Positions 8,195 through 15,863 of a stretch of 17,213 nucleotides of DNA are shown in pieces; position 1 is the stretch's first letter; the number at the start of each line of letters is the position of its first letter. Source of the stretch: an uncultured Solirubrobacteraceae bacterium (GTDB lineage: Bacteria > Actinomycetota > Thermoleophilia > Solirubrobacterales > Solirubrobacteraceae); assembly GCA_964588985.1 (NCBI GenBank), contig CAZPQW010000040.1, positions 1 through 17,213 on the forward strand, read 5' to 3'. Both the position numbers and the translations under genes were made by a program. The notes beneath the pieces were generated by a model. That model was not told the DNA's origin and searched no databases. It worked only from the letters and a program-made list of their open reading frames with translations.

Positions 8195-8267
8195 CCATGT
8201 GAGCAACGTACACCACACAAGGTTGAATACCGCAACTATCGGGTACTCGGATGTGTGTTAACCGGCG

Positions 8268-9710
8268 ATGCTCACGGCTCGTCGGTTCATTCACCTGACC
8301 CATGGGGCAAGATCAGCGATCTTGGCCACAGTCACACTGCTCGCCATCTCTGTCGGTATGCCAGCCGCGGCATCCGCCAGCCACAAGCAGATGCTCTTCT
8401 TCGAGGCGCCCGCGCAATTGCTCGATCCGACACAGCGCATTGGTGTGATCGAGCAGTTGAAAGCACTGGGTGTGAAAGCGCTTCGGGTCGAGCTTCACTG
8501 GCATGACGTCGCGCCTCAGGCCGACAGCCCGCAGCGCCCGGGCTTCGAAGCGCGAAACCCTGCGAGCTACAACTGGGGGCAGTACGACGCTGTGATCTCC
8601 GAAGCGCAGCGCTTGGGGTGGCGCGTCTTGCTGACGGTCACCTCGCCTGTGCCGAGGTGGGCGACGGCGACCCATAGAGATCTGATCACACGCCCGGACG
8701 ACCTGGCGTTCGAAGAATTCATGACAGCCGTGGGTCGGCATTACGGTTCGGATGTTTCACTGTGGGCAATTTGGAACGAGCCAAACGTACCGGGATGGCT
8801 GGCGCCTCAATTCAACGCAAACGGTACACCCGCCTCACCGCGCATCTACCGCGGCCTGTTCGAGGCGGGCTACGCGGGGCTCACCGCCGCAGGCCTGGTG
8901 TCGCCCAAGGTGCTTTTCGGTGAAACGGCGCCATTCGGCACGGACACCGTCGAACCGAGGAGGGAAGGGGTCGAGCGCGAGGTGGCGCCACTCGCATTCC
9001 TGCGAGGAGCGCTCTGCCTGAATCCGAAATATCGCAAAATTGCCACGTGCGCGATGCTCCCGATCTACGGTTACGCTCATCACCCGTACACCTACCCCGC
9101 GGTTCAAGGACCCTACTATCGTCCGGCCAATCGCGACGAGGTTCCGATCGGCGTGCTCCCGCGACTCACCACAGCCATTCGGCTGGCGGCTCGCGCGCAT
9201 GCGATACCCGCCCGAGTGCCGATATATCTCACCGAGTACGGCGTGCAGACGAGGCCGAGCCCGCTCGGTGTGCCGGAAAGGCAGCAGGCCGAGTACATGG
9301 CTCTCTCGGAACGGATCGCGTGGGAAGATCCGAACGTCGCCGCGTTCTCCCAGTATCTGCTTCGCGACGAAGCACCACATGGACGCCTCGTGGGATATCG
9401 CACCGGCCTGGAGACTCCCACAGGCAAGCCGAAGCCGTCGTATCTCGCCTTCGCCGTACCGCTGGCGGTCACACGAACGCACTCCGGGTACTCGTTGTGG
9501 GGGCTCGTGCGTCCCACGACCGGGGTGACTGATGTGCGGGTGCTCTTCGAGCCATCTGGTTCCAGGCACTACCGAACGCTGCGCAGCGTCGCGACGGACA
9601 GGCTCGGCTACTGGCGGCTTCACACAGCTGCGCGAGGCAGCGCTTGGCGTGTGAGCTGGCGCAGCCCGAGTGGCGTCGTCTACAACGGCCCGCCCATCCA
9701 CGCGCTTTGA
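8268..9710 (+). CDS. Secreted clan GH-A (GH5/GH39-like) glycoside hydrolase, paralog 2
   Basis: Signal peptide ending ASA; IWNEPN and IYLTEYG catalytic motifs; collinear with 4597-6045 (PASYNWGQYDA, EFMTAVGRHYGS, NGTPASPRIYR, PKVLFGETAP, FLRGALCLN, FSQYLL, SLWGLVRPT). Confidence 0.82.
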   Translation: MLTARRFIHLTHGARSAILATVTLLAISVGMPAAASASHKQMLFFEAPAQLLDPTQRIGVIEQLKALGVKALRVELHWHDVAPQADSPQRPGFEARNPASYNWGQYDAVISEAQRLGWRVLLTVTSPVPRWATATHRDLITRPDDLAFEEFMTAVGRHYGSDVSLWAIWNEPNVPGWLAPQFNANGTPASPRIYRGLFEAGYAGLTAAGLVSPKVLFGETAPFGTDTVEPRREGVEREVAPLAFLRGALCLNPKYRKIATCAMLPIYGYAHHPYTYPAVQGPYYRPANRDEVPIGVLPRLTTAIRLAARAHAIPARVPIYLTEYGVQTRPSPLGVPERQQAEYMALSERIAWEDPNVAAFSQYLLRDEAPHGRLVGYRTGLETPTGKPKPSYLAFAVPLAVTRTHSGYSLWGLVRPTTGVTDVRVLFEPSGSRHYRTLRSVATDRLGYWRLHTAARGSAWRVSWRSPSGVVYNGPPIHAL

Positions 9711-9771
9711 GGGCCGCCGCATATCATCGAGCGGTCGATGAATGCACACGAAGGTCAGGCAGGAGCATCTC

Positions 9772-10137
9772 ATGATCCACGTTAGATCCCACGGCGATAT
9801 AGAGCCGTTCATCACACTCGACGGATCGGAGATCCGAGAGTGGGCGGGTCGCGTGTCGGCGCCCGCGAAGAACCAGAGCCTGGCCGAGGCGACGATCCCG
9901 GTCGGTGGTGCGACGACCGAGCACTACCACCGCCTCACCGAGGAGCTCTATCTCGTCACCGCCGGTCGCGGCCTGCTGGCGATCGACGGCGAGGAGCGGG
10001 TCATCGAGCAAGGCGACTGTGCGCTGATTCCCCCGGGCAGCCGTCACAAGCTGTTCAACGTCGGCGGCGAGCCGCTGAGGGTCGTGTGCGCGTGCTCGCC
10101 CGCCTACTCCGACGAGGACACGTGTCTCACGGAGTGA
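9772..10137 (+). CDS. Cupin-domain protein
   Basis: Cupin motifs EHYHRLTEELY and GDCALIPPGSRHKL; SD AGGAG at 9761-9765 supports ATG 9772; TATCAT -10-like at 9722-9727. Confidence 0.9.
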   Translation: MIHVRSHGDIEPFITLDGSEIREWAGRVSAPAKNQSLAEATIPVGGATTEHYHRLTEELYLVTAGRGLLAIDGEERVIEQGDCALIPPGSRHKLFNVGGEPLRVVCACSPAYSDEDTCLTE

Positions 10138-10474
10138 GCTGCTGCTGGGCGAGTCCGAAGGGGCTTCCCTCGGTGTCCTTGCAGATTGTCCATGTCTCTC
10201 CCGGGTGGACCACCGTTCCGCCGAGCTCTCTCACCCTCCCGATGGTCTCTTCGATGTCCGCCACGACGAAGTAGGGCAGGCTGAAGGAGTCCCCAGGTCC
10301 ACGGCCGCGCTCGTGGACGCCGACAGCCGGTGTCGCCGAGTGGGTCTGCCAGCCACGGCCCTCGGCAGCGGGCCGCGCATCGAACTCGACGCCGAGAAGC
10401 TCACCCCAGAAGCGCCGGGCTCGCGCCGGGTCGTCGGCGGGAAACTCGATCAGGGAGAGCAACGGGCTGGACAC
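10127..10474 (-). CDS. VOC/glyoxalase family protein
   Basis: IEFPADDPARARRFWGELLG, PYFVVADIEETIGRVRELGG and DTEGSPFGL; GTG 10474 is preceded by TATCGT at a 7-nt spacing. Confidence 0.88.
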   Translation of the reverse strand: MSSPLLSLIEFPADDPARARRFWGELLGVEFDARPAAEGRGWQTHSATPAVGVHERGRGPGDSFSLPYFVVADIEETIGRVRELGGTVVHPGETWTICKDTEGSPFGLAQQQLTP

Positions 10475-10503
10475 CGGTCCTACGATATCCCTAGCGGCGC
10501 CGA

Positions 10504-11322
10504 TCACGCGGGCGGGAGGGCATGCGTGAGCGTGCGCGCGAGCGCTTCGATCGACGCCTGCTCGAGCGGACCCCCTTGATCCAGCTGCTTGGCCAGCGCG
10601 CGGCGGGAGAGCAGCAGGTGGCCGCGCATCCTCGGCTTACCCAGCAGCGGCAGGTCCGCCTGCAGGAAGCACAGCACGCCTTTGATCGGCACCCCCGCAC
10701 GGTGGTAAGCCCCCAGGGCGTCGCGCACGGCTGCGACCTGACGGTCGAGGCCGTCGATGAACTTGGTGCGGTTGTAGCCGCCGATCTTCAACCTCGTGGC
10801 GCCGATCAAAGGCGCTGAGACCTGCACCTTGCCCTTCACGTTCTTCGCGTCGATCACGAACACGCCGCTCGGGGCGATGACCAGATGGTCGATGTTCCCG
10901 TGCCCGCCGGGCATGCGACGGTCGTGGAGGACGATCGCAGGGCCGCTCGCACTAGAGCGTTCAAGCCAAGCTCCAAGCCGCTCCTCGCCGAGCTGGCCGC
11001 TGTGGAAGGCTCGCTCGTGCTGCGGCGCGCCGCGCAACCTCAGCAGCAGGCCGCCGATCCACGGGTGCGCCTTGCGGGTACGTTCTTCGCGACCCCGTTT
11101 GCGCCGCTGGTGCTCGCGCGCGACACTCGCGCCGGCACGGCCACGGTCGAGCTCCTGTGGCGTGGCGTCGGTGGCGGACGACATCGGGCTCCCGTCCTCA
11201 CACGGTACGCACGTGACCCTTCGGCTGGCCGGATTCCACCACGCCTGTGTCCCGACAGCGAGTGGCGTGGCGCACACGCAACAAACGTCTCCCCGGCGTA
11301 GTTTCAACATCCGAGATGTCAT
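10504..11322 (-). CDS. NERD (nuclease-related domain) protein with N-terminal CxxC...CxxC zinc-binding module
   Basis: GQLGEERL...VLHDRRMPG...NIDHLVIAPSGVFVIDAKN (PD-(D/E)xK-like NERD motif); N-terminal CCVC...CVPC. Start uncertain (11331, 11322 or 11310). Confidence 0.85.
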   Translation of the reverse strand: MTSRMLKLRRGDVCCVCATPLAVGTQAWWNPASRRVTCVPCEDGSPMSSATDATPQELDRGRAGASVAREHQRRKRGREERTRKAHPWIGGLLLRLRGAPQHERAFHSGQLGEERLGAWLERSSASGPAIVLHDRRMPGGHGNIDHLVIAPSGVFVIDAKNVKGKVQVSAPLIGATRLKIGGYNRTKFIDGLDRQVAAVRDALGAYHRAGVPIKGVLCFLQADLPLLGKPRMRGHLLLSRRALAKQLDQGGPLEQASIEALARTLTHALPPA

Positions 11323-11363
11323 GAAGCCCATCTCGTCACGCGAGCGCTCGGACTTGAGCGTCG

Positions 11364-11373
11364 ATGTTACGCT
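11364..11373. promoter_or_regulatory. Overlapping divergent -10 boxes: TAACAT (minus, 11364-11369) and TACGCT (plus, 11368-11373)
   Basis: Both match TANNNT; the plus box lies 6 nt before ATG 11380 and the minus box points towards the NERD gene. Confidence 0.45.
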
Positions 11374-11379
11374 CGGGAT

Positions 11380-12132
11380 ATGAGCGCTCGCGTCGACTAC
11401 GAGCGGCACGGACGGACGTATGCGCAGTACCGTCGCCCGGATCCGCGGATTGAGGCACGGATCCACGCGGCGCTGGGCGACGCGCGAACGGTGCTCAACG
11501 TCGGTGCCGGCACGGGCTCATACGAGCCGACCGATCGTTGGGTGCTGGCGGTCGAGCCGAGCGCGACGATGCGCGCCCAGCGTCCCGCCGGCGCGGCCCC
11601 GGCGATCCCGGCGCGCGCGGAGGCGCTCCCGTTTGACGACGACTCGGTCGACGCGGCGATGGCGTGCGTGACGATCCATCACTGGGAGTCGCCCGAGGTC
11701 GGTCTGGCCGAGCTTCGCCGTGTGGCCCGCGGGCCCGTGGTGGTCTTCACGTTCGAGCTCGACAGCCTGCCCGCCTGGCAGCACGAGTACCTGCGCGAGG
11801 GAGTGCTCGTCGAGCAGCCGCGCTTTCCCGCCATCGCCGATGTCGCAAAGGCGCTCGGCGGGCGTACGCGCGTGGAGGCGATCCCCACGCCGGGCGACTG
11901 CACGGACGGGTTCTTCGAGGCGTTCTGGCGGCGCCCCGAGGCGCTGCTCGACCCCGCGGTTCGCAGCGCCCAGTCGGTGTGGGCGTTGCTGGATGCCGAT
12001 GTGGAGCAGCGCATCGTGGAACGGCTCGCTGAGGCGCTCGACTCAGGCGCATGGGATGCCGAGCACGGCCACCTGCGTGCGCAGGACAGCTTCCAGGGTG
12101 CTCTCAGGTTGGTGATCTCAGAGCCTGCCTGA
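11380..12132 (+). CDS. Class I SAM-dependent methyltransferase
   Basis: VLNVGAGTGSY (motif I), AVEPS, AEALPFDDDSVD and TIHHW. Confidence 0.92.
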   Translation: MSARVDYERHGRTYAQYRRPDPRIEARIHAALGDARTVLNVGAGTGSYEPTDRWVLAVEPSATMRAQRPAGAAPAIPARAEALPFDDDSVDAAMACVTIHHWESPEVGLAELRRVARGPVVVFTFELDSLPAWQHEYLREGVLVEQPRFPAIADVAKALGGRTRVEAIPTPGDCTDGFFEAFWRRPEALLDPAVRSAQSVWALLDADVEQRIVERLAEALDSGAWDAEHGHLRAQDSFQGALRLVISEPA

Positions 12133-12195
12133 GCGCTCGGGATCGCCCGCGAACGGTCTGCGACGTCGAGAGCACGCGTTATGGTCCGCGCCAAC

Positions 12196-13080
12196 ATGGC
12201 CACGTCCGGGAGCGAGCGAGCAGACGTATCCGTCGCGAGCATGATGGAGGGCACTCAGCTTGCGCGTGCGATCGTCGAGCGCAGCACTGGGCAGGCGGCG
12301 GCATTCGCGGAGCGGACCGGGAGCAGGCCGTGTCTCGCGACGGTGCTCGTGGGCGAGGATCCCGGATCGGTCACGTACGTCAAGATGAAGCGAGATCGAT
12401 GCGAGCAAGCTGGCATCGCATCCCGCCACACACCACTCCCGGAGGAGACCACAACCGCGGAGTTGGTGGAGGTCATCGCGGCGCTTTCGTCCGATCCAGG
12501 CGTGCACGGCATCCTCCTGCAGCATCCTGTGCCCAAGCAGATCGACGAGCGCGCGGCGTTCGAGGCGATCGCGCCCGCGAAGGATGTGGACGGCGTCACT
12601 ATGCACTCGTTTGCGGCTATGGCCTTCGGCGAGCCGGGGTTCGTCTCCTGCACCCCCGGAGGGATGATGCGCCTGCTCGACGCCTACGACGTCGACCCGC
12701 GCGGCAAGCACGCCGTCGTCCTCGGACGCAGCCCGATCCTGGGCAAGCCCATCGGGATGCTCCTGCTGGCACGCGACGCGACCGTCACCTACTGCCACTC
12801 ACGCACCACAGAGCTGCCGTCGATCGTCCGGGGCGGCGACATCGTCATCGCCGCGGTGGGAAAACCGGAGTTCGTCCGAGGAGACTGGTTGAAGCCGGGG
12901 GCGGTCGTACTGGATGCGGGCTACAACGACGGCAACGTGGGCGATGTCGCCTTCGAGGAGGCGCTTGACCGAGCAGCGATGATCACACCCGTTCCAGGCG
13001 GCGTGGGGCCCATGACGATCGCAATCCTGCTCGAGCAGACCGTCGAGGCCGCGAATCAACAGGATCTGGCGGCGAGCTGA
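12196..13080 (+). CDS. folD: Bifunctional methylenetetrahydrofolate dehydrogenase/cyclohydrolase
   Basis: SVTYVKMK (YxxxK), GILLQHP, KDVDG, CTPGG, GRSPILGKP and TPVPGGVGPMTIA. Start uncertain (12181, 12196 or 12241); TATGGT at 12180-12185 favours 12196. Confidence 0.95.
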   Translation: MATSGSERADVSVASMMEGTQLARAIVERSTGQAAAFAERTGSRPCLATVLVGEDPGSVTYVKMKRDRCEQAGIASRHTPLPEETTTAELVEVIAALSSDPGVHGILLQHPVPKQIDERAAFEAIAPAKDVDGVTMHSFAAMAFGEPGFVSCTPGGMMRLLDAYDVDPRGKHAVVLGRSPILGKPIGMLLLARDATVTYCHSRTTELPSIVRGGDIVIAAVGKPEFVRGDWLKPGAVVLDAGYNDGNVGDVAFEEALDRAAMITPVPGGVGPMTIAILLEQTVEAANQQDLAAS

Positions 13081-13096
13081 GGCGGACCGCAGGAAT

Positions 13097-14002
13097 TCAG
13101 TCGTCGCCCGGCACGTCCGGTCGCGTCATTCCCCCGACGAGCATCCCCGAGCCGAGGTGCGCGCCGAGCACCGGCCCGACCTCCGTGCAGAACAGCGGCT
13201 CGGAGCCGAAGATCGAAGTGCCCTCGGCCACGAGCGCGTCCGCGTCCGCGCTCGACTGCGCGTGCTGCACGATCCAGTCGGTGGCGCCGCGGTCGTGCAG
13301 CTCGTGGAGGTAGGCGATCATCTGCTCGAGCGCGCGCCGGTGCGTGCGCACACGCCCCACCGGTGCGATCTCGGTGCCAAACGTGAGGATCGGCTTGATC
13401 TTCAGGGCGGTGCCCACCATCGCCTGCGCCGCGCCGATCCTGCCGCCCTTGCGCAGGTACTCGAGTGTGTCGAGACAGAACCAGATGTCGAGGCTCTCGC
13501 GGCCGCGACGGACGGCATCCACGACCGTCTCGAGCGTGGCCCCCTGCGCGGCGACGCTCGCCGCCAGCAGCACCATGCAGCCGAGGCCTCCGGCTCCGGT
13601 CTGCCCGTCGTGCACGTGGACCTTCCCCGGCTGGCCTTCCTCGCTAAGTAGGCGTGCCGCTTCGGTGGCGCTCTCGCACGTGCCCGACAGGCCGGCGGCG
13701 ATGTGGATCGAGATCACGTCGCGCCCGGCGGCGACGAGCGGGCGGTAGCACTCGAGGAAGTCGCCCACGGACGGCTGTGAGGTGGTGGGCAGCTGCGGGG
13801 ACTCCTTCAGGCGCACGTAGAAGTCGTCGAGATCGACGTACTCGTCCTCGGGGCGCAGATCGCCGCCCCAGCCGACGTAGAGGCTGACCTCGTGGATGTC
13901 CCAGCGCTCGACGAGCGCACGCGGAAGGTAGGTGGTGCTGTCGGTGACGACAGCCACGCCGCCGCCCCCGGCCGACGCATCAAGATCTTCGTAAACGGTC
14001 AC
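13097..14002 (-). CDS. DegV family (FakB-like) fatty acid-binding protein
   Basis: VVTDST, PTTSQPS, LSGT, LEYLRKGGRIG, LKIKPIL and GPVLGAHLG. Confidence 0.93.
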   Translation of the reverse strand: MTVYEDLDASAGGGGVAVVTDSTTYLPRALVERWDIHEVSLYVGWGGDLRPEDEYVDLDDFYVRLKESPQLPTTSQPSVGDFLECYRPLVAAGRDVISIHIAAGLSGTCESATEAARLLSEEGQPGKVHVHDGQTGAGGLGCMVLLAASVAAQGATLETVVDAVRRGRESLDIWFCLDTLEYLRKGGRIGAAQAMVGTALKIKPILTFGTEIAPVGRVRTHRRALEQMIAYLHELHDRGATDWIVQHAQSSADADALVAEGTSIFGSEPLFCTEVGPVLGAHLGSGMLVGGMTRPDVPGDD

Positions 14003-14038
14003 TGCTTCGGAAGCCTACGCGGCGCAGGCGCCGCACGC

Positions 14039-15064
14039 TCAGCGGATCAGTCGGTCCATCCGCGCGGCGGCGATCGTCGCTCGCAGCGTCTCGGCCGCGT
14101 CGTGCTTCGGGCGCCAGCCGAGCTCGCGCCGCGCCTTGCTCGTGCTCATGATCACCGGCTCGCGGAACGCGGCGATCCACTGGGCCTGTGCGGGCAGGAA
14201 GCCGAGCCGCCCGATCATCTCCGCGACCGCGTCCACCGCCAGCTCGGGCACCGGGATCGAGTACCACCCGAGCTCGTCGGCGAGCAGCTTTACCGTCATC
14301 TCGCCGGCGCCCGCGAGGTTGTACACGCCGGGCTTGCCGCGGCCGAGCACCCCCGCGCGCATCGCCGTGGCGACGTCGTCGTGGTGGACCAGTTGGAACG
14401 GCACGCCCGGGTCGGGCAGCACCGGCTTGAGGATCGGCACGCCGTCGAGCAGGCTCAGCACGGGCCCCGGCAGGCGCTCGGAGATCTGGGTGTAGGGCAG
14501 GCTGTCGATCAGCAGCGGCGCCTGTGGCCCGGCGACGATGCATGGGCGGAACACGTAAGCCGAGGTGCGCGTGGGGTGGAGCACATCAGCGAGCATCTCC
14601 TCCACCTCGGCCTTCTGGGCGGAGTAGTAGTGCGCGGCGGTGCCGCGCGCGGGGACGTCCTCGGTCAGCGGCTGCGGGTTGTCCTTGTGGAAGCCGTAAG
14701 CGGCCACCGAGGAGGCGTACACCAGCCGTTTCACGCCCGCTTCCACAGCCGCCACGAACACGTTGCGCGAGCCCTCGAGGTTCACCCGGCGGCTCTGCTT
14801 CGCGCCGCCCATGATCATGAACGCGAGGTGCACCACCACGTCGGCTTCCTCGACCAGCTCAGCCACGCGCCTGCGGTCGAGCACGTCGCCGCGCTGGTAG
14901 GTGACCTTCTTCCAGCCCTTCGCGCGAGGGTCGAACGGGCGGCGCGCCATGCCCAGGATGCGACCCACGTCTCGCGAGCGCTCGAGCGCCGCGACCACCG
15001 ACTGGCCGATCTCGCCGGTGACCGCCACCGTGAGGCCTTTCTGGGAGCTCGCGCGCGAGGCCAT
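14039..15064 (-). CDS. NAD-dependent epimerase/dehydratase (extended SDR) with a shortened Gly-rich motif
   Basis: VVVHLAF, NLEGSRNVF, YASSVAAY, YSAQK (YxxxK), RPCIVAG and VHHDDVA. N-terminus reads VAVTGEIG rather than TGxxGxIG. ATG 15064 is preceded by TACAAC at 6 nt. Confidence 0.88.
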   Translation of the reverse strand: MASRASSQKGLTVAVTGEIGQSVVAALERSRDVGRILGMARRPFDPRAKGWKKVTYQRGDVLDRRRVAELVEEADVVVHLAFMIMGGAKQSRRVNLEGSRNVFVAAVEAGVKRLVYASSVAAYGFHKDNPQPLTEDVPARGTAAHYYSAQKAEVEEMLADVLHPTRTSAYVFRPCIVAGPQAPLLIDSLPYTQISERLPGPVLSLLDGVPILKPVLPDPGVPFQLVHHDDVATAMRAGVLGRGKPGVYNLAGAGEMTVKLLADELGWYSIPVPELAVDAVAEMIGRLGFLPAQAQWIAAFREPVIMSTSKARRELGWRPKHDAAETLRATIAAARMDRLIR

Positions 15065-15119
15065 GTGTTCGTTGTACCGCATTCGAGCCGACCTATTCGC
15101 AGATAGCTAGATTCAACCG

Positions 15120-15863
15120 ATGAGCGCGACGCAGGCGGGACTCGCGGTATCGGTCTTCCTGGCGTGCGCCGTGGAGGCGGTGGAGGCGCTCACGATCGTG
15201 ATGGCCGTCGGGCACAGCCGCAGCTGGCGCTCCGCGATGAGCGGTGTCGGCGCGGCCACGGTGGTGCTCGTCGCGATCGTTGCGGTGCTCGGCGCGGCGC
15301 TCACTTCGCTGCCGATCCACGCGCTGCGGATCGCCGTCGGAGCCCTGCTGCTGTTGTTCGGCCTGCAATGGCTGCGCAAGGCCGTCCTGCGCGCCGCCGG
15401 TCTGAAGGCGCTCCACGACGAGCGCAGCGCCTACGAGCACGAGCTGGCCGCCGCACGGGAAGCCGCCCGCGCGGCCGGGGCGTGGGACACGTACTCGTTT
15501 GCGATCGCCTTCAAAGGTGTGCTGCTCGAGGGCCTCGAGGTCGCGCTGATCGTGGTCACGTTCGGAGCCGCGCGGCATCACACGGGGTTGGCCGCCGCAG
15601 CGGCCGGGTTCGCCGTTGCGGCCGTCGTGGCCGCCGGGTTCGCGGTTCGTGCTCCCCTGGCGCGGGTACCGGAGAACACGATGAAGTTCGCCGTCGGCGT
15701 GATGCTCTGCTCCTACGGGATCTTCTGGGTCGCGGACGGCGCCGGCGTGAGCTGGCCCGGAGGCGATGCGATCCTGTTCGCGATCGTGCCGCTGGTACTG
15801 GCGCTGTCCGTCCTGGCGGTCCTCGGCGCACGCAGGCTCGCGGGGCAGCGGGTGTCCGCCTGA
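15120..15863 (+). CDS. COG4280-like integral membrane protein with two ExxE motifs (FTR1/OFeT-like architecture)
   Basis: About 7 TM segments; repeated motifs FLACAVEAVEALTIV and FKGVLLEGLEVALIV, plus PENTMKF; TAGATT 6 nt before the ATG. Confidence 0.8.
   Translation: MSATQAGLAVSVFLACAVEAVEALTIVMAVGHSRSWRSAMSGVGAATVVLVAIVAVLGAALTSLPIHALRIAVGALLLLFGLQWLRKAVLRAAGLKALHDERSAYEHELAAAREAARAAGAWDTYSFAIAFKGVLLEGLEVALIVVTFGAARHHTGLAAAAAGFAVAAVVAAGFAVRAPLARVPENTMKFAVGVMLCSYGIFWVADGAGVSWPGGDAILFAIVPLVLALSVLAVLGARRLAGQRVSA

Noticed and set aside
8268-8300. Tat signal in the GH proteins (ARRFI in copy 2, SRKALL in copy 1)
   Set aside because: Poor match to S/T-R-R-x-F-L-K and no twin Arg in copy 1; Sec export is at least as likely.
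4597-9710. GH pair as direct repeats of a mobile element or a recombination/diversification cassette
   Set aside because: DNA identity is broken at synonymous sites throughout, and there is no recombinase, transposase or reverse transcriptase in the window.
11332-11466. Longer N-terminus of the NERD ORF
   Set aside because: It overlaps the divergent methyltransferase start and the shared promoter region.
12133-12195. ZMP/ZTP or THF riboswitch upstream of folD
   Set aside because: The region is short and lacks the ZTP hallmarks (GACUGGCG, GCCUGGG); no THF riboswitch-like fold is evident.
14019-14034. GCGGCG-CAGG-CGCCGC hairpin as a terminator between the SDR and degV
   Set aside because: A 6-bp all-GC stem without a U-tract is expected by chance at this GC content.
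15164-15859. 581-aa version of the permease ORF, suggesting a fusion or frameshift
   Set aside because: The first 232 codons are an off-frame, Arg-rich read of the upstream membrane gene; permease-like sequence begins only at 15860.
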